Below are positions 10,040 through 19,342 of a DNA stretch of 64,000 nt, one piece after another. The position numbers were made by a program, and so were the translations under genes. The notes under the pieces were generated by a model. That model made no database searches, was not told the DNA's origin, and was given only the letters and a program-made list of their open reading frames with translations. Numbering within the stretch: the first letter of the stretch is position 1; every line of letters begins with the position of its first letter. Origin of the DNA: an uncultured Spirochaetales bacterium (GTDB taxonomy: Bacteria > Myxococcota_A > UBA9160 > JAFDET01); the NCBI GenBank assembly GCA_964442285.1, contig CAYTZH010000002.1, positions 36,260 through 100,259 of the forward strand. Reading direction: 5' to 3'.

Positions 10040-10939
10040 TCAGCCCACCACCAGCGAGAGCCTCGTCGGCGCCACCTGCACCGCGACCCGCTGGCCCCAG
10101 GCGAACTCCAGGCAGTCGGCCTCGATGCCGTCGCCGAAGACGACCCCGCCCTCGTCCATCTCGGACACGAGCTCGACGGACTGCGCCTCCGAGAGGAGCC
10201 CGCAGCTGAGCGCCACCCCGGTGGCGATGCTCGGGAAGGCCTCGCGCACGAAGAAGGCCAGGCGCCGGTCCGTCGGCGCGGGAAGGTCGAGCGCGTCGCC
10301 GCGGGAGCGGTTGATCGAGCGGGCCCAGCCGGTGGCCCCCGTGCCCGTGGCCACGATCAGGCCCGAGGAGGAGTGACGCTCCTGCTGGGTCCCCACGGCC
10401 AGGCGGTAGCGCGCCGACTGGTGGCTGCGGTGCCCCACGAAGACCTCGTTCAGGGCGAGGAGGTGCTGGCCGTCGTCGAGCCGCGCCTCCACCATGGTGC
10501 GTCGATCGATCGCCGCCCGGGCGCCGGCAGCCGCGGGGATCAGGTCGGCCGCCGCCCGGGGCGGGTGGGGGACCAGGATCCCGTCGAACTCGTCCGGGAG
10601 CGGATTGATTCCGACGACGGGCTGCTCCTGCAGGTACTTGGCCACGTTGGCGACGAGCCCGTCCTGGCCCACGGCCACCACCACGTCCTCCGGCTCGAAC
10701 AGGAAGCGATCCAGGTCGCGGCGGTCGAGCCGGGTGCGACGCCACTTCGGGGGGATCGACTGCAGCACCCGGGCGAGCGCCTGCTGGCAGCGCTGGTGCG
10801 CGCCCTCGACGCGGTCGAGGTCCTCCCCGCGGCGCTCGAGGAAGAACCGGGCCTGCCCGCGCGTGGCATGGCGCTCCAGGAGGGCCTCGTAGGGCGTGCT
10901 CCGGGTGACCACCACCACGCGCGGGACCGGGACGGTCAT
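10040..10939 (-). CDS. NAD kinase-fold (ATP-NAD kinase family) protein, atypical
   Basis: VVVAVGQDGLVANVAKYL (variant of the GGDGT motif), ALNEVFVGH (NE motif), SSGLIVATGTGATGWARS. The ATG overlaps the upstream stop as ATGA. Only the C-terminal 299 aa of the 913-aa track ORF are coding-like. Confidence 0.8.
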   Translation of the reverse strand: MTVPVPRVVVVTRSTPYEALLERHATRGQARFFLERRGEDLDRVEGAHQRCQQALARVLQSIPPKWRRTRLDRRDLDRFLFEPEDVVVAVGQDGLVANVAKYLQEQPVVGINPLPDEFDGILVPHPPRAAADLIPAAAGARAAIDRRTMVEARLDDGQHLLALNEVFVGHRSHQSARYRLAVGTQQERHSSSGLIVATGTGATGWARSINRSRGDALDLPAPTDRRLAFFVREAFPSIATGVALSCGLLSEAQSVELVSEMDEGGVVFGDGIEADCLEFAWGQRVAVQVAPTRLSLVVG

Positions 10940-11970
10940 GTCTGGCCCTGCGCCTCCCGCTCGAGGCGCGCGGTGCCGGCCTGGGCCAGCCGGGTCAGCA
11001 GGTCGCCGAGCAGGTCCGGCGTGAGGTTCAGGTGCTCGATGCGCTGCAGCTTCCCCGCCAGGCGCTGGGCGGCCAGCCCGAGCAGCTGCTCGGTGGGGAA
11101 GTCGCGGTAGATCGCCATGCGCTCCTCCTCGGCCTTCACCTTCGCCTCCTCCACGAGACCGATGCTCTCCGCCTGGGCCCGCGCCCCGATGCCGGCGCGC
11201 TCGGCCTCGGCCTCGGCGCCGATGCGCGCGGCCTCCGCCTCGTCGAGCGCCCGCCGCTTCTCGTTCTCGCCGCGCCGCTCGAGCAGGCTCGCCTCCCGGC
11301 GGGCCAGCTCGATCTGGTTCTGCAGCTCGTTCTCCTGGATCGCACGCTCCTTCTCGACCGCCTCGGCGCGTCGGCGGAAGGTGGCACCGTCGGCCTCCTG
11401 CTGGATGGCCTCGCGGACGGGGATCTGCAGCGCCTTCTCCACCTCGGCGACGGGCTTCACGGCGCCCACGCGGACCGCGACGACCTCGAGCCCCATCTCC
11501 TCGAGTCCGCCCTCGGTGCGGAGGCCCTCCCCGACGCGCTCGCGGATCTCGCTCACGCCCTCGGCCAGGGCGTGGCGCAGAGGGGTCTTTGCCAGGTAGC
11601 CGAGCGCGAACTGCTGGGCGAGCTCCGTGAGCAGCACGGCCAGCTTCTCCAGCGGCTGCCTGAGCAAGCGCCCGGTCCGCAGGTCGACCGAGAAGTCGAC
11701 CCGCTCGGCGATCCGCTCCGGGTCGACCACGCGGAAGGTGATCACCCCCTGCGCGGTGGCGTCCTGGAAGTCCTGGGTGCGCCCGTGGAAGAGGAAGGGG
11801 AGCTCGCGATCGTCCAGCGGGATCTCTACCACGCTGGTGCTGAGCGGTCGGAACCAGAAGGCCAGCCCGCGCCCGCTCGCCACCTTGCGGCCGCCTCGGA
11901 AGGCCAGGACATGGGCGCTCGGCTCGGCTCGCAGGTGTCTCAGCAGCGGAAAGTGACGGATCTCGGCCAT
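10936..11970 (-). CDS. SPFH/Band 7 (prohibitin/flotillin-like) domain protein with coiled-coil tail
   Basis: SPFH-like N-terminal half, then an E/A/R-rich coiled coil (EKERAIQENELQNQIELARREASLLERRGENEKRR...). GAGAGGAG RBS. Confidence 0.85.
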   Translation of the reverse strand: MAEIRHFPLLRHLRAEPSAHVLAFRGGRKVASGRGLAFWFRPLSTSVVEIPLDDRELPFLFHGRTQDFQDATAQGVITFRVVDPERIAERVDFSVDLRTGRLLRQPLEKLAVLLTELAQQFALGYLAKTPLRHALAEGVSEIRERVGEGLRTEGGLEEMGLEVVAVRVGAVKPVAEVEKALQIPVREAIQQEADGATFRRRAEAVEKERAIQENELQNQIELARREASLLERRGENEKRRALDEAEAARIGAEAEAERAGIGARAQAESIGLVEEAKVKAEEERMAIYRDFPTEQLLGLAAQRLAGKLQRIEHLNLTPDLLGDLLTRLAQAGTARLEREAQGQT

Positions 11971-11997
11971 GACGTGCTCCTCTCTCGCTGCGCCGGC

Positions 11998-12750
11998 TCA
12001 GATCGCCGCGCGCTTCGTGAACCGGTACAGCTCCGCCGGTCGATGCCCGACCTCGCGCTCGCGCTCGCCGGTGGCCTCGAGCAGACCCGAGGCGAGCATC
12101 CGCCGCCGGAAGGAGTCCTTGTTCAGCCCGCGTCCGAGGATCGTCTCGTGGACGTCCTGCAGGCGGCGCAGGGTGAAGGTGGGCGGCAGGAGCTGGAAGC
12201 CGATCGGGGTGTAGTCGAGCTTTCCCCGGATCCGCTTCACGGCCGTGCCGAGGATGTGCGCGTGGTCGAAGGCGAGGGTGCGCTTCCGCCCGTCCGGGCC
12301 CCGCACCTCCACCGGGCCGCCGGTCTCGCCCGCCCAGGGGACCGCGATCCGGCCGAAGACGAGCTCGTGGGTCTCGCTGCCGACCCCGCGGGCCGGATCC
12401 ACCAGCGCGTAGTAGGCGACCGAGACGACCCGGGTGCGCGGATCGCGGCCGGGCGCGCCGAAGGTGTAGAGCTGCTCGAGGAAGACGTCGCGGAGCCCCG
12501 CCTTCTCGGCGAGGACCCGCGCGGCGGCCCGGTCGAGCGATTCGTCGATGCGGACGAAGCCCCCCGGCAGGGCCCAGCGCCCCTTGTGGGGCAGCTCGCG
12601 CCGCTCCACGAGGGCGGCCTCGAGCCGGCCCTCTCGCACCGTGAGGATCGCGACGTCGACCGCCAGGGAGGGGCGGTCGAAGGGGCCGGCGTCGTAGCGG
12701 GCCAGGAACTCCTGCTCCTCGGGGTCGGTGCGGCGTCCGGGCTTCGGCAT
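11998..12750 (-). CDS. NrtR-like regulator: degenerate Nudix domain plus C-terminal winged helix
   Basis: Nudix box GFVRIDESLDRAAARVLAEKAGL, with RVLAEK replacing REUxEE (catalytic Glu lost). C-terminal FTLRRLQDVHETILGRGLNKDSFRRRMLASGLL resembles the NrtR wHTH. Confidence 0.8.
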   Translation of the reverse strand: MPKPGRRTDPEEQEFLARYDAGPFDRPSLAVDVAILTVREGRLEAALVERRELPHKGRWALPGGFVRIDESLDRAAARVLAEKAGLRDVFLEQLYTFGAPGRDPRTRVVSVAYYALVDPARGVGSETHELVFGRIAVPWAGETGGPVEVRGPDGRKRTLAFDHAHILGTAVKRIRGKLDYTPIGFQLLPPTFTLRRLQDVHETILGRGLNKDSFRRRMLASGLLEATGEREREVGHRPAELYRFTKRAAI

Positions 12751-12776
12751 CGGGGCTGGGCTCCTTCAATGCACAA

Positions 12777-12805
12777 AGCATATATGTAATTAGTATCTAA
12801 GTCAA
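12777..12805 (-). promoter_or_regulatory. Sigma70-like promoter with embedded inverted repeat upstream of the NrtR-like operon
   Basis: Minus strand reads TTGACT-(17 nt)-TATGCT, then GGAGCC and the ATG at 12750. The spacer contains TTAGATACTAA (TTAG-N3-CTAA). CATATATG overlaps the -10. This is an AT-rich island in a roughly 70% GC background. Confidence 0.45.
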
Positions 12806-12949
12806 CCTCGCCTGGGCGAACCGCCCGGAGCGTCGAGCCGGGCTCCGGGGTTCGCCGGAGCCGGTCCACCGGGCTTCCACGGTCCGGGGACGCTTCGACT
12901 CAATCGCCGACTGGGGCTTCCCGATGTCGCACGCGGAGGTCCCACCCCG

Positions 12950-14167
12950 GTGCGAAGCCTGCCGCCGCTCGACATCGAGACTCCCGAGGAGGCCCTCCGC
13001 AGGAGTCTGCGCCGGCGGCGGATGGCCCGGCTCTTCGCGCCCTTCATCCGTCAGGGCACCTGCCGCGACCAGAACGACCTGCTTCGCGCGCGTCTGCTGG
13101 TCACGATCTGCTTCTCCAGCGCGGTCACGCTCGCCATCGCGGTGGGTCTGCTCGTGGCTCTCGGCGCCGAGAACTTCGACCGCGGCTCGCACTGGATCTA
13201 CCTGTCGTTCGGGGCCCCGGTGATCGCTCCCCTCGCCGTGCTGCGCTTCGTCCGCTCGCTCTCGGTCGCCGTCGGGGCCCTCAGCTTCGGGATCTTCATC
13301 AACCTGATGGTCTGTACCTACCACCTCGGGGGAACGGCGGCATCGACGTTTCCCGCCCTGGCCGTCGTTCCGGTGCTCGGGGCGCTGCTCGCGGGTCGCG
13401 CCCAGGGCGCCCTCTGGAGCGTCGCGGTGGTCGCCGCCTGGAGCGGCTTCCTGGTGGCGGAGCTGGGCGGCTGCGTCTTCCCGGACGTGTCGCCCGCGGA
13501 GACCCGGAGCCTGACCCGCACGCTGGCCCTGATTCCCACGGCCCTCACGATCTTCGTGGCGCTCCTGATCTTCGAGACCCTGAACGCCCAGCTGCGGACG
13601 CAGCTCTCCCGCGAGCGCGCGCTCTTCGAGCACATGGCGGGCCACGATCCGCTCACCCAGATCGCCAACCGCCGCAGCTTCCTGCAGCACCTCGACCTGG
13701 GTGTCGCGCGGGCCGTCGCGTCCCAGCGCCTGCTGGCCGTGATGATGCTGGACCTGAACGGGTTCAAGGCGGTGAACGACGAGCTCGGCCATCCGGCGGG
13801 CGACGCCCTGCTGAGGATCCTGGCGTCCCGCCTCCGCCGCGGCCTGCGGGAGACCGACCGGGTGGCCCGGATCGGCGGCGACGAGTTCGGGATCCTCCTG
13901 CAGGACTGTGTCGTCCGGGCGGACGTCGAGCTCGTCGCCCGCAAGGTGGCCGCCCTGGTGGCGCAGCCGGTGGAGATCCGCGGTCGCCCGGTGCGCGTGG
14001 CGGCCGCCATCGGGGTGTCGCTGCTCCCCTTGGATGGGACCCAGGCGGAGGCCCTGATCGAGCGCGCCGACACGGCCATGTACCGCTGCAAGGAGGAGCA
14101 GGGCAGTGGCGTCGTCTTCAGTGCCGACCTGGCAGACGGCCCGGAGAAGCCCCCGCTCGATCGCTAG
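12950..14167 (+). CDS. Membrane-bound diguanylate cyclase (GGDEF domain)
   Basis: DPLTQIANRRSF...LDLNGFKAVNDELGHPAGDALL...RIGGDEFGILL. About six N-terminal TM helices. GTG start with GGAGG upstream. Confidence 0.85.
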   Translation: MRSLPPLDIETPEEALRRSLRRRRMARLFAPFIRQGTCRDQNDLLRARLLVTICFSSAVTLAIAVGLLVALGAENFDRGSHWIYLSFGAPVIAPLAVLRFVRSLSVAVGALSFGIFINLMVCTYHLGGTAASTFPALAVVPVLGALLAGRAQGALWSVAVVAAWSGFLVAELGGCVFPDVSPAETRSLTRTLALIPTALTIFVALLIFETLNAQLRTQLSRERALFEHMAGHDPLTQIANRRSFLQHLDLGVARAVASQRLLAVMMLDLNGFKAVNDELGHPAGDALLRILASRLRRGLRETDRVARIGGDEFGILLQDCVVRADVELVARKVAALVAQPVEIRGRPVRVAAAIGVSLLPLDGTQAEALIERADTAMYRCKEEQGSGVVFSADLADGPEKPPLDR

Positions 14168-14198
14168 CGATGGGCCTTCGTGCCCGGGAGCCGGCGCC

Positions 14199-15041
14199 TC
14201 AGTCGAGGTCGCGGGCGCTGTGGCGCTCCGGAACCCGGAGCTCCTCCGGGCCCCAGGTGCGGTTGACCCGTTGCCCCCGCTGCACGGCAGGCCGTTCCTG
14301 GATCTCCGATGCCCACCGGACCACGTGGCGGTACGAGGTCACGTCCAGGAACTCGGCCGCCTCGTAGAGCTTGCCCATGACGAGGCCCCCGTACCAGGGG
14401 ACCGTCGCCATGTCGGCGATGGTATAGCTGTCGCCGGCGAGGAAGCGGCGCTCGGCCAGGTTCCGGTCGAGCACGTCGAGCTGGCGCTTCACCTCCATGG
14501 CGTAGCGATCGATCGGGTACTCGAGCTTCTCCGGGGCGTAGGCGTAGAAGTGGCCGAAGCCGCCACCCAGGTACGGCGCGCTGCCCATCTGCCAGAAGAG
14601 CCAGGACAGGCACTCGGCCCGCGCCGACGGCTCCGTGGGCAGGAAGAGGCCGAACTTCTCCGCCAGGTAGACGAGGATCGCGCCGGACTCGAAGACCCGG
14701 GTGGGCGGCGCGGTGCCGTGGTCGACCAGCGCGGGGATCTTCGAGTTGGGGTTGGCGGCGACGAAGCCGCTGCCGAACTGGTCGCCCTCGCCGATGTTGA
14801 TCAGCCAGGCGTCGTACTCGGCCTCCTTCACGCCGAGGGCGAGCAGCTCCTCCAGGAGCACGGTGACCTTCACCCCGTTGGGGGTCGCCAGCGAATACAG
14901 CTGCAGCGCGTGCTCGCCGACCGGCAGCTCCTTCTCGTGGGTCGCGCCCGCGATCGGGCGGTTGATCCTGGCGAAGCGGCCGCCGCTCTCGCGGTCCCAC
15001 TTCCAGACCCTGGGCGGCGTATACGCAGACGGCTCGGTCAC
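14199..15041 (-). CDS. Glutathione S-transferase, Nu-class (YghU/YfcG-like)
   Basis: LQLYSLATPNGVKVTVLLEEL...NPNSKIPALVD...ESGAILVYLAEKFG. GTG start at 15041 preceded by GGAAGGAG. Confidence 0.85.
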   Translation of the reverse strand: MTEPSAYTPPRVWKWDRESGGRFARINRPIAGATHEKELPVGEHALQLYSLATPNGVKVTVLLEELLALGVKEAEYDAWLINIGEGDQFGSGFVAANPNSKIPALVDHGTAPPTRVFESGAILVYLAEKFGLFLPTEPSARAECLSWLFWQMGSAPYLGGGFGHFYAYAPEKLEYPIDRYAMEVKRQLDVLDRNLAERRFLAGDSYTIADMATVPWYGGLVMGKLYEAAEFLDVTSYRHVVRWASEIQERPAVQRGQRVNRTWGPEELRVPERHSARDLD

Positions 15042-15111
15042 GATGGGCTCCTTCCGGCTCCCGGGGCGGGGTGAGCGGAGGCTACAGCACGACGATCCGG
15101 GCGTCCGCCCG

Positions 15112-16275
15112 TCAGGAGTCCAGCCGGTAGAGTCGGGCGGCGGTGCCGTGGAGCACCTTCTCCACCACCGGGGCCGGGATCCCGTCGAGCACCCGCGACG
15201 CGTACTCCCGGGGGTGGACCGCGGCGGACTGGGGACCGACCGACATCGAGGTCGGGTGGGGGAAGTCGGTCTCGTAGAGGATGTTGTCGGGGTAGAGCTC
15301 GAGGGCCTTGGCGAGGCCGTGCTCCTCGAACCAGAAGCAGCCATAGATCTGGCGGCGGAAGTACTCGCTCGGCAGGAGGTCGTACTCGGGGTGGTCCTTG
15401 TGGATGCCGGCGTTCCTCCACTGCCAGTCGAAGGCCTCGAGCACGAATAGCAGCCAGCCGACGCCGCTCTCGACCGAGACGAAGGCGAGCTCGGGGAAGC
15501 GGTGGCAGACGCCGCCGAACACGATGTCGGCCAGGCACTTCTCGTTGTCGATGAAGGCGTTGGCGGCCACCCGGGCGAACTGGGCCCGCAGGCCGATGTC
15601 GCCGGCGCCCCCCAGGTCCCACTCGGCGCCCGACCCGATGTGGAAGCTGATGGGGAGCCCGGCGGCCTGGGCCGCGGCCCAGATCGGGTCCCAGTGGGGG
15701 GCCGGGAGCGGCGGCTCGCCGAACGACTGGGGCTGTCCCCCGAAGAGGACGCCGCGGTGGCCCAGGGCCGCGCAGCGCTCGATCTCCCGGACCGAGGCTT
15801 CCACGTCCCAGAACGGGGTGGCCATCACCGGCACGAGCCGGCTCGCATCCGCGGCGGCCCACTCCACCAGGAAGTCGTTGTAGGCCTGCACGCACGCGAG
15901 CATCAGCGCCGGCTCCTTCAGCTTGAGGAAGGCGCCCGAGCCGAAGCCGCCCACGTTGGGGTAGAGGACCTGGGCGTGGATCCCCTCGCGGTCGAGGTGG
16001 GCCAGGCGCGCGTCGGCGCGATGGGCCGCGGGCGGGATGTCGGCCATGGTGTCGGGGAAGTCGGGCATGGTGCCGTCGTAGCCCGCGATGGCCGTGGTCC
16101 CGACGGGCAGGACCGGCTTCTCGCCGACGAACCAGACGTCCTTGCCCCGGAGGTTGCGGATGTGGGGGACCGCATCGCTCCACTTGCGCGGAACGCGCGA
16201 GGTCCACAGGTCGGCGGGCTCCGACACGTGGCTGTCGACGTCGATGACCCGGTAGCGATCGAAGAGGTCTGCCAT
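15112..16275 (-). CDS. Amidohydrolase-2 family protein (ACMSD-like metal-dependent hydrolase/decarboxylase)
   Basis: N-terminal VIDVDSHVSEP metal-binding motif. TIM-barrel-type length. GGGGGAGGAG RBS. Confidence 0.8.
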   Translation of the reverse strand: MADLFDRYRVIDVDSHVSEPADLWTSRVPRKWSDAVPHIRNLRGKDVWFVGEKPVLPVGTTAIAGYDGTMPDFPDTMADIPPAAHRADARLAHLDREGIHAQVLYPNVGGFGSGAFLKLKEPALMLACVQAYNDFLVEWAAADASRLVPVMATPFWDVEASVREIERCAALGHRGVLFGGQPQSFGEPPLPAPHWDPIWAAAQAAGLPISFHIGSGAEWDLGGAGDIGLRAQFARVAANAFIDNEKCLADIVFGGVCHRFPELAFVSVESGVGWLLFVLEAFDWQWRNAGIHKDHPEYDLLPSEYFRRQIYGCFWFEEHGLAKALELYPDNILYETDFPHPTSMSVGPQSAAVHPREYASRVLDGIPAPVVEKVLHGTAARLYRLDS

Positions 16276-16296
16276 GGCGGTCTCCTCCCCCGTAGA

Positions 16297-17514
16297 CTAC
16301 CCGGAACGCGGGTCGGCGGGGGGCCGGGGCCCACCTCCGGTGCCCAGGGCGCCGGCCTGCCACAGGGCCTCGATCTCCTCGGCCCGGAAGCCCGCCTCGG
16401 CCAGCACCTCGTGGGTGTGCTGCCCGAGGGTGGGGGCCGGCCCGCGGATCTCCGATGGGGTCGCCTCCAGCCGCTCGGCGGGGCGCGCCTGGCGCAGCGG
16501 GCCCACCACCGGGTGCTCCTCTTCGACCAGGATGCCGTTGGCGACGATCTGCGGGTGCTCGTGGACGACGTCGCGGGTCAGGACCGGCGCGCAGGGCACG
16601 TCCTCCCGATCGAGCACCTCGAGCCAGTGGTCCGTCGGGCGGGTCCGCAGCACCGAGGCCATGAGGTCGAGCCGCTCCTTGGCGTGCCGGACCAGGCCGG
16701 CGGTCGTGCGGAAGCGCTCGTCCTCGAGCCACTCGGGCCTGCCGGCCGCGCGGCAGAAGGCCTGCCACTCCCGGTGCGCCACCGTGGACACCACCACGTA
16801 GCCATCGAGGGTCTCGTACACGAGATCGCGTCTTGCCACGGGCGCGCGTCGCCGCGCGTCCGGGGACAGGAAGGTGTGGTAGGCCATGCCCTCGGGCCAG
16901 ATGAACGCGAGGACCGCGTCGAGCATGTTGAGGCGCACGTGTTGCCCCTGGCCGCTGCGCTCGCGGGCCAGCAGCGCCGCGGTGATGGCCTGGGCCGCGG
17001 TCAGGGCCGTCACCTTGTCGGGGACGATCACCCGCACCAGCCGCGGACGCTCGCCGGGTCCGCCCTGGATCTCGGTCAGGCCCGACATCCCCTGGATGAG
17101 CGGGTCGTAGACCCGCTTGTGGCGGTAGGGGCCTTCCTCCCCGAAGCCCGAGATGGAGACGTAGACGAGCCGCGGATTGAGCGCGCGCAGGGCGTCGGCG
17201 CCGATCCCCATGCGCTCGGCGGCACCCGGTCGGTAGTTCTGGACGAGGACGTCGGCGTCCGCCACCAGGCGCCTCAACGCCGCGAGGCCTTCGGCCCGCG
17301 TCAGGTCGAGGACCAGGGAGCGCTTGCTGCGGTTCGTGGTGGTGAAGGTGGGGGCGAGCCCGCCCGTGCCCCCCATGTGGCGCATCACGTCGCCGGCGGG
17401 CGGCTCGACCTTGATCACGTCGGCGCCCTGGTCGGCCAGGATCCGGGTGGCCAGGGGGCCCGAGATCACCTGGGCCAGGTCGAGCACGCGGTAGCCCTCG
17501 AGCGCTCCGGGCAT
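16297..17514 (-). CDS. Family III CoA-transferase (CaiB/BaiF)
   Basis: MPGALEGYRVLDLAQVISGPLATRILADQGADVIKVEPP is the typical N-terminus. GAGGAGGAA RBS before the ATG at 17514. Confidence 0.85.
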   Translation of the reverse strand: MPGALEGYRVLDLAQVISGPLATRILADQGADVIKVEPPAGDVMRHMGGTGGLAPTFTTTNRSKRSLVLDLTRAEGLAALRRLVADADVLVQNYRPGAAERMGIGADALRALNPRLVYVSISGFGEEGPYRHKRVYDPLIQGMSGLTEIQGGPGERPRLVRVIVPDKVTALTAAQAITAALLARERSGQGQHVRLNMLDAVLAFIWPEGMAYHTFLSPDARRRAPVARRDLVYETLDGYVVVSTVAHREWQAFCRAAGRPEWLEDERFRTTAGLVRHAKERLDLMASVLRTRPTDHWLEVLDREDVPCAPVLTRDVVHEHPQIVANGILVEEEHPVVGPLRQARPAERLEATPSEIRGPAPTLGQHTHEVLAEAGFRAEEIEALWQAGALGTGGGPRPPADPRSG

Positions 17515-17687
17515 GGGTTCCTCCTCGGGAAGGGGGGTGTCGATCCTATGGAGCCTACCGCCGATCGGGCGCTCGCGGCGGGCACGCAACGACTGCTCCC
17601 CAGCCGGCAGCCCGCGCGCAGGCGCCCGGCAGGTCGCCGTGGCGAGGCGTCAACCCGGGGCGCCGTCCCCCCGATGTACCGGGATGG

Positions 17688-18527
17688 ATGTCTGCTGGAA
17701 CCGCCAGGATCCGACGGCTGGGCCTGCTGGCCCTCCCGCTCGGCGCGCTGCTCGGCCTCGCAGCGCCGGCCGTGGCGACGCCCATCGCCTGGTGGCGGAT
17801 GGAGGTCGACGCGGACCCGACGCCCGAGGGCCTGCGCGTCGCCAGCGACGTGGCCGGGGCCAGCGACCTGGTCTCGTCGGAGGCCTTTCTCGACACCGCC
17901 AACATCCCCGGCGTGACCGTGCCGCTCACGGGCGACGGCAATACGTCGAGCGTGGGGGCCACGCGCCAGGGCGGCGGCAACGGCATCAACGCGACGGCCG
18001 CCGCCTGGCTCGGCCTCGACGTCGCGAGCTTCGGGGTCGAGTTCTGGGCCCGCACCCAGGAGAGCACGGCGACGCTGTTCCAGCGCTCCACGGGCGGGTC
18101 CGACGGCATCGTCATCGACAACCCCAACGCCCTGACCGTGACCTGGTTCGTGGACGACCCGCTGGGCGGCGTCACCCAGCTCCAGCTCACGGGTCTCGAC
18201 GACCTCGACACCAGCTGGAGCCACTACGCCTTCTCCTACGACGCCGCGACCGGCGTGGGCTCCTTCTTCGTGGACGGCAGCGAGGTGGCGTCGATCGACG
18301 GGCCCGACAATGCGCCCCTGCTCTGGGACTCCAGCACGCCCGTGGAGGTGGGCCTGCTGATGGACTTCGCCGCGGCCAACTTCGGCACCATGGACGAGGT
18401 GCGCCTGCACGACACGAGCCTCGCCCCGTCCGACTTCCTGAGCAGCGTTCCCGAGCCGGGGGCCGCGCTGCTCCTGGCCCTCACCGGCCTCGCGCTGGCC
18501 GGCCGCCGCCCGCGCGCCTGGCGCTAG
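17688..18527 (+). CDS. Secreted LamG/concanavalin-like protein with PEP-CTERM anchor
   Basis: Signal peptide. LamG-like core (WSHYAFSYDAATGVGSFFVDGSEV). C-terminal VPEPGAALLLALTGLALAGRRPR. Confidence 0.75.
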   Translation: MSAGTARIRRLGLLALPLGALLGLAAPAVATPIAWWRMEVDADPTPEGLRVASDVAGASDLVSSEAFLDTANIPGVTVPLTGDGNTSSVGATRQGGGNGINATAAAWLGLDVASFGVEFWARTQESTATLFQRSTGGSDGIVIDNPNALTVTWFVDDPLGGVTQLQLTGLDDLDTSWSHYAFSYDAATGVGSFFVDGSEVASIDGPDNAPLLWDSSTPVEVGLLMDFAAANFGTMDEVRLHDTSLAPSDFLSSVPEPGAALLLALTGLALAGRRPRAWR

Positions 18528-18550
18528 GGCCGCCGAAGGGGAGCGAGCGC

Positions 18551-19342
18551 TCAGCGCGCCCGGGTCAGCGGCTCGACGTCGGCCCAGACCGCCTCGCCGT
18601 TGCCGCGGAACACGCTCAGGACCGGCCCGGGGAGCCACTTCGCGACGGCGGTCTCGTAGGCGGGCAGGGCCTGCACCTGGGTGTACCACGCCGCCACCTG
18701 GGGCCGTGCCTCGATCGCGGGCGTGATGGCCAGGTGGTCGAGGCGCAGCACGTAGGGCAGCAGGGCCGCGTCGGCGAGCCCGAAGGCCTCGCCCGAGAGC
18801 CAGGCGCCCGGCGCGAGCGCCGCCTCCATCTCGTCGAGCAGACCGAGCATGGCGTGCAGGGCTCCGGCGAACTCCGGGGCCTTCACCCCGTGCTCGATCA
18901 CGCTCCGGCGCCCGGCCCGGCGCGCCGGGTCGGGGATGGCCTCGATGCTCGCTTCCCGCACCTCCGGCGGCTGCTGGAGCAGGAGCGGGCGCGGGCCGAT
19001 CGCGAAGGTCACGACGCCGGTTGCGGCGTGCACGCCGGTGTCGAGCTTCTTGGTCCACATGCGCCCGGCGTGGCGCCGCACCGGGTCGGCCGCGCGCATG
19101 GGCGGATCCGGGAAGGCGTCGTCCAGGTACTCGTTGATCAGCGTCGACTCGATCAGCACCGCGCCGTCGTGGACGAGGGTCGGCACCACGTGGTTGGGGT
19201 TCAGCTTGACGTACTCCGGGTCGTGCTGACCTCCGGCCAGCAGGTCGACCTCCCGGGACTCGAAGGGGAGCCCCTTGTGGTCGAGCACCAGCCGGACCTT
19301 CTGGGAGCAGGTGGAGACGGCGTTGTGGTAGAGGGCGAGCAT
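18551..19342 (-). CDS. Glutathione S-transferase
   Basis: MLALYHNAVSTCSQKVRLVLDHKGLPFESREVDL...VPTLVHDGAVLIESTLINEYL. The start overlaps the upstream stop (TGATG). Confidence 0.85.
   Translation of the reverse strand: MLALYHNAVSTCSQKVRLVLDHKGLPFESREVDLLAGGQHDPEYVKLNPNHVVPTLVHDGAVLIESTLINEYLDDAFPDPPMRAADPVRRHAGRMWTKKLDTGVHAATGVVTFAIGPRPLLLQQPPEVREASIEAIPDPARRAGRRSVIEHGVKAPEFAGALHAMLGLLDEMEAALAPGAWLSGEAFGLADAALLPYVLRLDHLAITPAIEARPQVAAWYTQVQALPAYETAVAKWLPGPVLSVFRGNGEAVWADVEPLTRAR

Noticed and set aside
10040-12781. 913-aa minus-strand ORF spanning the whole NADK-like/SPFH/NrtR region as one gene
   Set aside because: Only the C-terminal 299 aa are protein-like. Upstream, the real genes lie in two other frames, each with its own RBS and start/stop overlaps.
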